A DNA stretch of 59,548 bases from Deltaproteobacteria bacterium 13_1_40CM_4_68_19 (GTDB lineage: Bacteria; Myxococcota; Myxococcia; Myxococcales; 40CM-4-68-19). The notes under the pieces are model-generated. The model was not told the origin of the DNA and did not search any database. It saw nothing but the letters and a program-made list of their open reading frames with translations. The DNA lies in the NCBI GenBank assembly GCA_001918155.1, contig MNFJ01000164.1, positions 1-59,548 of the forward strand, given 5' to 3'. This document shows positions 1-8,063 of the stretch, in pieces (position 1 is the first letter of the stretch; the number at the start of each line of letters is the position of its first letter). A program made the translations under genes and the position numbers.

Positions 1-1
1 C

Positions 2-172
2 TGGATCCTTCTCGCGGGAGTCCCGGCGGAGGCGAAGCCCTTGTTCACAGAGGCCGGGGCGCTGCTGCTCGTCGACGGACAGCTGCGCATCCGCGGCCGC
101 TATCGCGCGGACCAGCCGGATGACGTGGCGCGCATCCTTCGCGATGCCGCGCTGATCGCCGCGATGCCCTGA
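2..172 (+). CDS. 3' end of a CDS cut by the window edge; the tail tentatively resembles SCO1/SenC-type thioredoxin-fold copper chaperones
   Basis: The frame is open from the window start to TGA 170-172 with high third-position GC. The tail ...ALLLVDGQLRIRGRYRADQPDDVARILRDAALI looks like the C-terminal strand/helix of SCO-family proteins. It lies upstream of an oxidase cluster. The function call is weak. Confidence 0.4.
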   Translation, partial: WILLAGVPAEAKPLFTEAGALLLVDGQLRIRGRYRADQPDDVARILRDAALIAAMP

Positions 173-278
173 AGCAGTCGCAATTTCTTACAAGACCCGT
201 AGGGGCGCGACTTCGAAACTGCGCGCTGTTCCAGAGGTGCAACGCAGCGCATCGATCGCAGGTCCGGGAGGGGACGCG

Positions 279-1646
279 ATGAGGCGTACGATCTTTCTCG
301 TTTTCTTGGGCACGGTCGTCTTCTGTGTGGCCTTCTTCGGCATGGGCCTCTTCTCGCCGGTAGCGCCTGCCGTTCCCGCGTTCGCGCGCAAGACCGGCCT
401 GGCCTGTTCCTCCTGTCACGAAGTCTGGCCGCGGCTGAACGACTTCGGGCAGCTCTTCCGCGATCGCGGATACCGGCTGGAGCGCGACCGCGACGCTCCG
501 GTCGAGCAGGATGGATCGTTCTGGCCTATCGCCATGCGCACGACCGTGGGGTACCAATGGGTGCGGCAGACCCAGGTCCCAACCGATACCGGACCGATAG
601 ACACGCAGACGGGGACGTTCGGGTTCACCGGCCTCGACGTGTTTGCCGCCGGAACGCTGGGGAGCCATCTCAGCTTCCTCATCGTCTATACACCGGGCCT
701 CGCCCAGTCCGGATTCCAGACGGCGCCGAGCACTTCGGACAGCGATCTGGAGTCGGCCTTCCTCGGGATCCACGACATCGGCGGGACGCCCTGGCTCAAT
801 CTGCGCGTAGGCAAGCACGCCCCGGATCTGCCCATCGACGAGCACCGGACGCTCACGCTGACGCAGGGTTACAACGTCTATCATTTCCATCCCCAGAACA
901 GCACCGTCACCTGGGAGCCCGGGAGCAACCAGAACGGCATCGAGGTGTACGGCCATTCCGACCTGAGCCGCGTGCGATATTCGTTCTCGCTGGTCAACGA
1001 GAACGACGCGCAATTCTTCTCCAACACCGCGCTCAGCAATCCCGTGCTCTGGGGCCACGTCCAGGCGGAGCAATACCTGGACAGTCCGCTGCTCGCGGCG
1101 GTGAAGCTGGGGGCTTTCGGCAGCGTCGGCTGGCACGCGAATTCGACCGCGACCCTCACGCCCACAGGCGGCACCCCTAGCCCGGTGGCGTTCACCGGAT
1201 CGAACCACAAGAACCATTTCCGGTACGGCGGCGAGGCCCACCTCTACTTCCTCAGCGTTGTGAATCCCGTCACCTTGAGCGCGGTGGTCTGGGGCGGCCA
1301 GGACGATCAAGCCGTGCTCAAGGACGACACCGGTGCCCCGGTCGGCGTGAGCAATGCCACGTTCATCGGCGGGTTCCTCGAGGGAGTGTGGACCATCAAT
1401 CCGCGCCTCACCCTTCTCGGCAGGTACGAGTTGATCCATCCCAGCCAGGGCGTCGATCCTGCCCTCGTCAGCCCCGTCACGGGCAACGTGAAGGTCTGGA
1501 CGGCGATCATCCGGCATACCTTCGAGCTGACGAGCCGTACCGAGGCCGCGCTGCACCTCGAGTTCAGCAGGTTCTGGTTCGATGCGGGCGACGGCACCTC
1601 TCCGGCCACCTACACGGGCCTGATCGGGCTCGACTTCGCACTCTAG
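279..1646 (+). CDS. Secreted protein with one N-terminal c-type heme motif (CSSCH) followed by a long porin-like, beta-strand-rich region
   Basis: ATG 279 is preceded by GGGAGGGG. A signal/TM-like segment (RRTIFLVFLGTVVFCVAFFG) is followed by ARKTGLACSSCHEVWPRLNDFGQLF. The remaining ~400 aa have alternating hydrophobic/polar, Gly/Thr/Tyr-rich patterns and end in ...YTGLIGLDFAL, which resembles an OMP C-terminal signature. Confidence 0.6.
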   Translation: MRRTIFLVFLGTVVFCVAFFGMGLFSPVAPAVPAFARKTGLACSSCHEVWPRLNDFGQLFRDRGYRLERDRDAPVEQDGSFWPIAMRTTVGYQWVRQTQVPTDTGPIDTQTGTFGFTGLDVFAAGTLGSHLSFLIVYTPGLAQSGFQTAPSTSDSDLESAFLGIHDIGGTPWLNLRVGKHAPDLPIDEHRTLTLTQGYNVYHFHPQNSTVTWEPGSNQNGIEVYGHSDLSRVRYSFSLVNENDAQFFSNTALSNPVLWGHVQAEQYLDSPLLAAVKLGAFGSVGWHANSTATLTPTGGTPSPVAFTGSNHKNHFRYGGEAHLYFLSVVNPVTLSAVVWGGQDDQAVLKDDTGAPVGVSNATFIGGFLEGVWTINPRLTLLGRYELIHPSQGVDPALVSPVTGNVKVWTAIIRHTFELTSRTEAALHLEFSRFWFDAGDGTSPATYTGLIGLDFAL

Positions 1647-1657
1647 GAGACGATTCC

Positions 1658-2440
1658 ATGAACCGCCGGAAATCGATCCTGCTCTTCGCGGCCTTGCCGG
1701 CCACGCTGGCCTTCGCACAGACTCCCACTCCACCGCGGCCGCCGGATGCCGCGCGCGCCGGCCGCGGCAAGGCCGTCTACGAGCGGTACTGCATCTCCTG
1801 CCACGGCGAGCACGGCGACGGGCGCGGCTACTCCGCCCAGTGGCTCGACCCCCGTCCGCGGGACTTCACACGCGCGATCTTCAAGTGCCGTTCGACGCCC
1901 AGCGGAACGCTTCCGGTCGACGACGACTTGATGCGCACCCTGGACGAGGGCCTCTACCACACGAACATGCCCTCCTGGCAGGTGCTGGGCGATCGCCAGC
2001 TGCGCGACGTGATCGAGTACATCAAGACGTTCTCGCCGCGCTGGAAGGAGGAGGGCCCGGGCGAGCCGATCCACTACGTGCGCGAGCCGGCCGACGACGC
2101 GGCTTCGCGCAAGAAGGGGCAGCAGATCTGGAATGCGCAGGCCTGCTTCAATTGCCACGGGCAGACGGGCAAGGGGGACGGATCGTCGGTGCCGACGCTC
2201 TTCGACGACTGGGGGTTCCACATCACCCCGTTCGACTTCACCTCCAGCCCGCACCGCAAGTGCGGCTCGAGCGACAAGGACCTGTACCGCACGTTCCTCA
2301 CCGGCCTGAACGGAACGCCGATGCCTTCGTTCGCCGACACCGTCCCGCCCGAGGACGCATGGCATCTGGTCCACTTCCTCAAGACGCTGCAGGTGGAGAA
2401 CACCTCGCAGGGCATCTTCGGAATCTCGATGGGACAGTAG
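1658..2440 (+). CDS. Diheme c-type cytochrome, secreted
   Basis: The internal start MNRRKSILLFAALPATLAFAQ is a signal peptide with GGAGA upstream. There are two CxxCH motifs (CISCH, CFNCH). The stop TAG 2438-2440 abuts the next ATG. Confidence 0.8.
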   Translation: MNRRKSILLFAALPATLAFAQTPTPPRPPDAARAGRGKAVYERYCISCHGEHGDGRGYSAQWLDPRPRDFTRAIFKCRSTPSGTLPVDDDLMRTLDEGLYHTNMPSWQVLGDRQLRDVIEYIKTFSPRWKEEGPGEPIHYVREPADDAASRKKGQQIWNAQACFNCHGQTGKGDGSSVPTLFDDWGFHITPFDFTSSPHRKCGSSDKDLYRTFLTGLNGTPMPSFADTVPPEDAWHLVHFLKTLQVENTSQGIFGISMGQ

Positions 2441-3073
2441 ATGCAGGCAGTCGCTGCTCACGGTCACGAGCCGCGCGCGGTCGTCTGGCCGCAGGATCCG
2501 CAGTTCGCCACCGCCAGCGCGGGGAAGATCGCCATGTGGATCTTCCTCGTCTCCGACGCCTTCGCCTTCTTCGGCCTGCTCCTCGCGTACGGCATCCTCC
2601 GAGGGGAGACAACCGCCTGGCACCATCCGGGCGAGCCGGACCTGAGCGTGGTCCTCGGCGCGCTCCTCACCGCCGTGCTCATCGCCTCCAGCGTCTCGAT
2701 GATCTTCGCGTACGACGCCGCGCTGCGCGGTGATCGCCGCCAGACTTCGATCTTCCTTGGCCTCACTGCCTCGCTGGGCATCGCCTTCCTCATCGGGCAG
2801 TATGCCGAGTACTTCGGCATCCTCCATCCCGGCCTGAGCAAGGAAGGGCTCGTCTTCGGCCGCTCGGCCTACGCCAGCACCTTCTACGTGATCACCAGCT
2901 TCCACGCCCTGCACGTCTTCACCGGCGTGGTTTACATCAGCATCACGCTCTTGCGGAACGCGCTGGGCCGCGCCACCGCCGGGCAGATCGAGCTGCTCGG
3001 CCTTTTCTGGCATTTCGTCGATCTGATCTGGATCTTCGTGTTCACGCTCCTCTACTTGATTCCCGTCGGGTGA
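2441..3073 (+). CDS. Cytochrome c oxidase subunit III family protein
   Basis: It is a multi-TM protein with the subunit III-type C-terminus ...FWHFVDLIWIFVFTLLYLI. It sits in an operon with subunits IV, II and I. Confidence 0.85.
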   Translation: MQAVAAHGHEPRAVVWPQDPQFATASAGKIAMWIFLVSDAFAFFGLLLAYGILRGETTAWHHPGEPDLSVVLGALLTAVLIASSVSMIFAYDAALRGDRRQTSIFLGLTASLGIAFLIGQYAEYFGILHPGLSKEGLVFGRSAYASTFYVITSFHALHVFTGVVYISITLLRNALGRATAGQIELLGLFWHFVDLIWIFVFTLLYLIPVG

Positions 3074-3372
3074 ACGGAATGGAAGAAGCGGCGCGCGTCT
3101 CGCAGCGGAAGCGATCGGCGATCACCTTTTTGGTCTTGCTCGCCCTCACCATCCTCGAGGTCGCCGTCTCGCAGATCGCCGGCCATCACCGCGCGGTGGT
3201 GACCGCGCTGGTCGGTCTCGCCATCGTGCAGGGCATCGTGCAGATCATCTACTTCATGCACCTGCGCTGGGAATCGCGGGCGCTGCGCCTCTATGTGCTC
3301 GTGCCGCTCGCCTTCCCGGTAATCTATGCGCTGGTACTGATCGCCGACGGAATCTGGAGGAGGCTACCGTGA
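3070..3372 (+). CDS. Cytochrome c oxidase subunit IV (small prokaryotic subunit) family protein
   Basis: It is 100 aa with 3 TM segments, including ...IIYFMHLRWESRALRLYVLVP. It has a GTGA start/stop overlap with the previous gene. ATG 3079 is an alternative start. Confidence 0.7.
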   Translation: MNGMEEAARVSQRKRSAITFLVLLALTILEVAVSQIAGHHRAVVTALVGLAIVQGIVQIIYFMHLRWESRALRLYVLVPLAFPVIYALVLIADGIWRRLP

Positions 3373-3521
3373 ACGCGCTCTGGCTCGTGCTCTGCCCTCT
3401 CTGCATCAGCGGGCGCGCCCAGGGCGGCGGCGCGCTCCTGCTCCTCGCCGGGATGATCGCCGTTCCCTACCTGGTGGTGGCCGCCGTGGCGCACGCCATC
3501 CGCAGCGAGGACTCGCCATGA
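3369..3521 (+). CDS. Unlisted 50-codon membrane peptide with a CPLC motif
   Basis: It is below the ORF-track size cutoff. GTG 3369 overlaps the subunit IV stop (GTGA), and its TGA overlaps the subunit II ATG (ATGA). Third-position GC is high. Translation: VNALWLVLCPLCISGRAQGGGALLLLAGMIAVPYLVVAAVAHAIRSEDSP. Confidence 0.5.
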   Translation: MNALWLVLCPLCISGRAQGGGALLLLAGMIAVPYLVVAAVAHAIRSEDSP

Positions 3522-4300
3522 CCCTGCTTCTCGCGCCGCTTCCGGAGAAGGGGATCGGCCTCCCCCACGACGCCTCGCTCCACGGCTGGCGCATCGACGC
3601 GCTGATCAACGAGACCAGCGTCTACGTCGGCCTCCTCTTCGTCATCATGGTGGCGTGGGTGGTGCTGGCCTGCCTGCGCCACGGCCCGCGCCATGAGGCG
3701 AGATTCGATCACGGTACCTCCACCCGCTCGATCGCCGTCGGCCTCTGCATCGCCGGCGCCATCTTCTTCGTGGTCGACGGCCCTCTCTTCGTCAATTCCC
3801 TCATCCTGGCGCGCGACGTCTTCGGAAACTTCGCCAAGGTCGAGGCCGATCCCAAGTCGGTGCGCATCGAGATCACCGCGCACCAGTGGGCCTGGGTGGC
3901 GCGTTACGCCGGCCCCGATGGCAAGTTCAATACGCCCGACGACATCGTCACCTTCAACGACGTCGTCGTGCCGGAGGGCACACCCATCCTCTTCCAACTC
4001 GTCTCCACCGACGTGATCCACAGCTTCAACATCCCCAACATGCGCGCCAAGATCGACGCCGTGCCGGGGATGGTGAACCGCGTCTGGTTCGAGGCGAAGG
4101 AGACTGGCGAGTTCGACATCGCCTGCGCGCAACACTGCGGATTGAACCACTACAAGATGAAGGCGACGCTCACCGTGCTGCCGCGGCCCGACTGGGAGAA
4201 GTGGGCAGCCGAGGCCTCGGCCAATTCCGCGCGCGACTACGACCCCGACGACCGGGAGGCCCATTGGGGCTGGGACTGGTCCGAGCACGCGAGGATCTGA
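3518..4300 (+). CDS. coxB: Cytochrome c oxidase subunit II (CuA subunit), without a fused cytochrome c domain
   Basis: It has two N-terminal TM helices and a cupredoxin domain carrying the CuA ligand pattern VIHSF...CAQHCGLNHYKM (H, Cx3C, H, M). Confidence 0.9.
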   Translation: MTLLLAPLPEKGIGLPHDASLHGWRIDALINETSVYVGLLFVIMVAWVVLACLRHGPRHEARFDHGTSTRSIAVGLCIAGAIFFVVDGPLFVNSLILARDVFGNFAKVEADPKSVRIEITAHQWAWVARYAGPDGKFNTPDDIVTFNDVVVPEGTPILFQLVSTDVIHSFNIPNMRAKIDAVPGMVNRVWFEAKETGEFDIACAQHCGLNHYKMKATLTVLPRPDWEKWAAEASANSARDYDPDDREAHWGWDWSEHARI

Positions 4301-6096
4301 TGCAAGCGATTCCGAGCGAGGAGAGGGCGGCGCACGAGGAGCTCCAGCCCATCCACCACGAGCCGAAGAGCTTCTTCTTCAAGTATCTCTGGTCGCTGGA
4401 CCACAAGATGATCGGCCGGCAGTTCCTCTGGGCAGGGCTCGGCTTCCTCCTCGTCGGCGGCCTTCTCGCGATGATGATCCGCTGGCAGTGGGCCTTCCCC
4501 GGCAAGCCGGTGCCGGTGCTGGGGTCGATCTTCCTCCGCTCGCAGGGCGGCGCGATCGGGCCCGCGACCTACATGACGATCTTCACCATGCACGGGCTGA
4601 TCATGATCTTCTTCGCCATCACGCCCGTCCTCATCGGCGCCTTCGGCAACTTCCTCTTGCCGCTGCAGATCGGCGCGCGCGACATGGCCTTCCCCTGGCT
4701 CAACGCGCTCTCCTTCTGGACCTTCGCGCTCTCGCTCGTGTTCGTCATCCTCTCCTTGTTCGGGGAACTGGGCGCGGCCGGCGCGGGCTGGACCACCTAT
4801 CCGCCGCTCTCGACCAACGTCGGCACGCCCGGCAGCGGGCAAACCTGGATGGTCGCCGCCGTCTTCGTTACCGGCGTCTCGACCATCATGGGCGGGATCA
4901 ACTATGTCACCACCGTCATCCGCCACCGCGCGCCGGGAATGACGTGGATGCGACTGCCGCTCGCCACCTGGGGGCTGTGGCTCACCGCCATCCTCAACGT
5001 GCTCTTCGTGCCGGTGCTCGGCTCGGCCGCGCTCCTTCTACTGCTCGACCGGCTTTTCGGGACGCAGTTCTTCATCGCCGGCGCGACCGCCAGCGTCTCC
5101 GGCGGCGGCGATCCGATCCTCTTCCAACACCTCTTCTGGATCTTCGGCCACCCCGAGGTCTACATCCTCATCCTGCCGGCGTGGGGCATCGTCAGCGACC
5201 TGCTCTCCTTCTTCAGCCGGAAGCCCGCGAATTGGTACCGCGGCACCGTCTACGCGATGATCGCCGTATGCGTCCTCTCGGCGATGGTCTACGGCCATCA
5301 CATGTTCCTGACCGGGTTCACGCCGCTCCTGGGCCAGAGCTTCATGCTCTTGACCCTCATCATCAGCGTGCCCGCCGAGCTGCTCTTCCTCAACTGGCTG
5401 CGCACCGTCTGGCAGGGCTCGATCCGCCTCACCACGCCGATGCTCTTCTCGCTCGGCATGCTCTTCGTCTTCGGCATGGGCGGCCTCACCGGCCTCTATC
5501 TCGGCGCCACCGCGACGGACATCTATCTCCACGACACCATGTTCGTGGTGGGGCACTTCCATCTCACCATGGCCGCGGCCTCTTTCGTCGCCAGCCTCGC
5601 GGCGATCTACTTCTGGTTCCCGAAGATGTTCGGGCGACGGATGAACGAGACCCTCGGCAAGGTGCACTTCTGGATCACGCTGGTGTGCCTGGTGACGGTT
5701 TTCAGCGGGCAGCTCCTCGCCGGCTACTCGGGCCAGTCGCGCCGACTCTACGATCCCTACCAGTACACCTTCCTCAAGCACCTGCTCGGCGTGAACCGTG
5801 TCGCCAGCTACGCCGCCTTCCTGCTCCTCTTCGCGCAGTTCATCTTCATCTACAACTTCATCCGCAGCCTGATCGCCGGGGAGAAGGCGGAGAGCAATCC
5901 CTGGCAGGTGAGCACGCTGGAATGGTTCACCGCTTCGCCGCCGCCCTACCACAACTACGACCGCATCCCCACCGTGCTGCGGGGGCCGCACGAGTTCGCC
6001 GATCCCGAGGTCCGGCGGCGGCTCGGGCGCGACTTCATCGGCCAGGCGGAGGAGCTTCCCGAGGCGATGCCCCCCGCCGTGGCGAGCGCGGGATGA
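4300..6096 (+). CDS. coxA: Cytochrome c oxidase subunit I
   Basis: The internal start MQAIPSEE... overlaps the subunit II stop by 1 nt (TGATG). Classic subunit I stretches are present: WFFGHPEVY-like LFWIFGHPEVYILILPAWG, and VGHFHLTM. Confidence 0.95.
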   Translation: MQAIPSEERAAHEELQPIHHEPKSFFFKYLWSLDHKMIGRQFLWAGLGFLLVGGLLAMMIRWQWAFPGKPVPVLGSIFLRSQGGAIGPATYMTIFTMHGLIMIFFAITPVLIGAFGNFLLPLQIGARDMAFPWLNALSFWTFALSLVFVILSLFGELGAAGAGWTTYPPLSTNVGTPGSGQTWMVAAVFVTGVSTIMGGINYVTTVIRHRAPGMTWMRLPLATWGLWLTAILNVLFVPVLGSAALLLLLDRLFGTQFFIAGATASVSGGGDPILFQHLFWIFGHPEVYILILPAWGIVSDLLSFFSRKPANWYRGTVYAMIAVCVLSAMVYGHHMFLTGFTPLLGQSFMLLTLIISVPAELLFLNWLRTVWQGSIRLTTPMLFSLGMLFVFGMGGLTGLYLGATATDIYLHDTMFVVGHFHLTMAAASFVASLAAIYFWFPKMFGRRMNETLGKVHFWITLVCLVTVFSGQLLAGYSGQSRRLYDPYQYTFLKHLLGVNRVASYAAFLLLFAQFIFIYNFIRSLIAGEKAESNPWQVSTLEWFTASPPPYHNYDRIPTVLRGPHEFADPEVRRRLGRDFIGQAEELPEAMPPAVASAG

Positions 6097-6695
6097 TCGG
6101 GGCGGAGGCCATGTCGGTCATACGCTACCGACCGCGCGGCGCGCGCGAGCAGGCGACGGCCTGGATCGGCATGGTCATCTTTCTCGGCTCCTGGGCCATG
6201 ATGTTCGCCGCCCTCTTCTTCTCCTACGGCATGCTGCGCGCACGGCTACCGGTCTGGCCGCCGCCGGGCACGCCCCCGCTGCCGCGCCTGCTGCCTGGGA
6301 TCAACACGCTCATCATCGGCCTCTCCAGCGTGGCGATGCAACGCGGGTTGTCTGCGGCGCGACGGGCGCAGGCGGCCGCGGTGCTCCCTGCGATCGCGGC
6401 CGGCTTCTTGCTCGGCCTCGCTTTCCTCTCTCTGCAATTCGTGCTCTGGACCGGCCTCTGGCGCGCCGGACTGCGTCCCGAAGGAGGCGCGTACCCGTCG
6501 GTCTTCTACGGGCTGACCGCGATCCACGCGATCCACGTCGCGGTCGGGCTGGGTGGCCTTGGCTGGCTGCTCACGCGCGCGTTCTTCCACGCCTTCGGAC
6601 CCGCGCGCAATCTGGGACTCAGGCTCTGGACCGGCTACTGGCACTTCGTCGGAGCGGTCTGGCTGCTCATGTACCTGACCGTCTTTCTCATCTGA
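6093..6695 (+). CDS. Second cytochrome c oxidase subunit III-like protein
   Basis: It has an ATGA overlap with the subunit I stop. It is a multi-TM protein ending ...YWHFVGAVWLLMYLTVFLI, parallel to the C-terminus of the 2441-3073 product. ATG 6111 is an alternative start. Confidence 0.75.
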   Translation: MIGAEAMSVIRYRPRGAREQATAWIGMVIFLGSWAMMFAALFFSYGMLRARLPVWPPPGTPPLPRLLPGINTLIIGLSSVAMQRGLSAARRAQAAAVLPAIAAGFLLGLAFLSLQFVLWTGLWRAGLRPEGGAYPSVFYGLTAIHAIHVAVGLGGLGWLLTRAFFHAFGPARNLGLRLWTGYWHFVGAVWLLMYLTVFLI

Positions 6696-6703
6696 GGATC
6701 GAC

Positions 6704-7633
6704 ATGCGCGCTCTCGCCAGCCTGGCCGCTTTTCTCCTCGCCGGCGCCTGCGCACGGGAAGCCAGACCCAGGTTCAAGGAGCCGATCAAGCTCGCCGGGA
6801 AGATGGTGGCGCCCGGGATCCTCAACGCCGGACACGTCGCATACCTGCAGTACTGCCGCGCCTGCCACGGCGACAAGGGCGACGGCAAGGGCCCCGCCGC
6901 GCCTGGCCTGCGCCCGCCGCCGCGCGACTTCACTCAGGGTTCCTTCAAGTTCGCCGGCGTGCTCGATCAGAAGCTGCCGCGCGACGAGGACCTGGTGCGC
7001 ATCGTCCGCGGCGGCCTGCACGGCACCGCCATGCTCACCTGGGACGTGCCCGACCAGAAGCTCGACGAGATCATCCAGTACATCAAGACGCTCTCGCCCA
7101 AGTGGAAGGAGGACGACGCGGTCGGCGATCCGGTGGTGCCAGAGCCCGACCCGTGGGGCGAGGCGCGCAAGGCGGAGGCGGTCGCGCGCGGCAAGACCCT
7201 CTATCACGGCTTCGCGCAGTGCCTGGGATGCCACCCTGCTTACGCCACCAAGCAAGAGATCTACGACGCCTCCAAGGCCAGCCTCGGCGTCGGCACCACC
7301 GATTTCCGTGACGCGATGTACCTGCCAGAGATCAAGGACAGCGAGTACGGCGTGAAGATCCTGCCGCCCGATTTCCTCTTCAACACCTTGCGCTCGATCA
7401 ATCCCGAGACGGAGGGGGGCGACCTCTACCGCATCCTCGTCGCCGGCGTGACCGGCGCGGCCATGCCCGCCTGGAATCCGATCTCGCTGCCCAACAAGGA
7501 AGCGGACATCTGGGCGCTCGTGTACTACCTACGCTCGCTCCTGCGCATGAAAGGCACGCCCGCCGCGGAGAAGCTGCACCGCAAACTCGCCAGCGAGCCA
7601 CCCTTCGTGCCTCCTCCCGAAGCGGGCAAGTGA
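6704..7633 (+). CDS. Diheme c-type cytochrome lipoprotein, paralog of 1658-2440
   Basis: It has a lipobox-like N-terminus (MRALASLAAFLLAGAC) and two CxxCH motifs (CRACH, CLGCH). It shares blocks with 1658-2440: ...CHG..GDG.G....L.P.PRDFT and YIKT(F/L)SP(R/K)WKE. Confidence 0.8.
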   Translation: MRALASLAAFLLAGACAREARPRFKEPIKLAGKMVAPGILNAGHVAYLQYCRACHGDKGDGKGPAAPGLRPPPRDFTQGSFKFAGVLDQKLPRDEDLVRIVRGGLHGTAMLTWDVPDQKLDEIIQYIKTLSPKWKEDDAVGDPVVPEPDPWGEARKAEAVARGKTLYHGFAQCLGCHPAYATKQEIYDASKASLGVGTTDFRDAMYLPEIKDSEYGVKILPPDFLFNTLRSINPETEGGDLYRILVAGVTGAAMPAWNPISLPNKEADIWALVYYLRSLLRMKGTPAAEKLHRKLASEPPFVPPPEAGK

Positions 7634-7640
7634 GCGCGCG

Positions 7641-8063
7641 TTGTGGGCCGTTGAAGCGTGCGCATGTTTCCCTCATGGCACTCCTCGAAGGAAGCGCGCC
7701 GCGCTGCGCCGGGAGCAAACCGCCGCCGACAAGCGCGCGGCGATCGTCGTCGCCATCGGGTTCGCCCTGACGTTCGTCGCCCTCATCGGCCTGCCCGGCC
7801 CCGACGGCATTTTCATGGGCGCGGCGCCGGTCATCGCCGTCGTCTGCGCCTTTCCGGCGCTGATGTCGATGTGGATGGAGCGCTACCGGGGCGGCTTTGC
7901 GCGCGTGCTCCTCTTGATCGGCGCCGCGGCGCTCGCGGGCGGCGGCTTCACGTATGCGGATCGCGCCAGCATGGCACACGTGCTGCTCGCGTACTTCATC
8001 CCCGCCGTGCTCTTCGCCGCCGCCGCCACCAGCCTGGCGCGGCCGCGGATGCGCGCTACTTGA
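7641..8063 (+). CDS. Hypothetical integral membrane protein (about 4 TM)
   Basis: TTG is the only in-frame start and lies 8 nt after the cytochrome stop. Third-position GC is high from about codon 17 onward. The segments are hydrophobic. No family was recognised. Confidence 0.45.
   Translation: MWAVEACACFPHGTPRRKRAALRREQTAADKRAAIVVAIGFALTFVALIGLPGPDGIFMGAAPVIAVVCAFPALMSMWMERYRGGFARVLLLIGAAALAGGGFTYADRASMAHVLLAYFIPAVLFAAAATSLARPRMRAT

Noticed and set aside
45-1733. 562-aa minus-strand ORF covering the first gene region
   Set aside because: It is a shadow ORF typical of very GC-rich DNA. It is Arg/Gly/Ala/Pro-rich with no recognisable motifs. The plus strand carries a coherent secreted protein with a good RBS and high third-position GC.
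2447-2453. CAGTCGC heptamer at the start of the subunit III gene, and GCGACTG at 53913-53919
   Set aside because: These are isolated arm-like heptamers without a complementary partner or an inner hairpin. They are chance occurrences, not repeat copies.
3886-6695. Track ORFs 3886-6096 and 4488-6695 taken at their full length
   Set aside because: Their 5' parts run out of frame through neighbouring genes. The real starts are the internal ATGs at 4300 (subunit I) and 6093 (second subunit III-like), each overlapping the previous stop.
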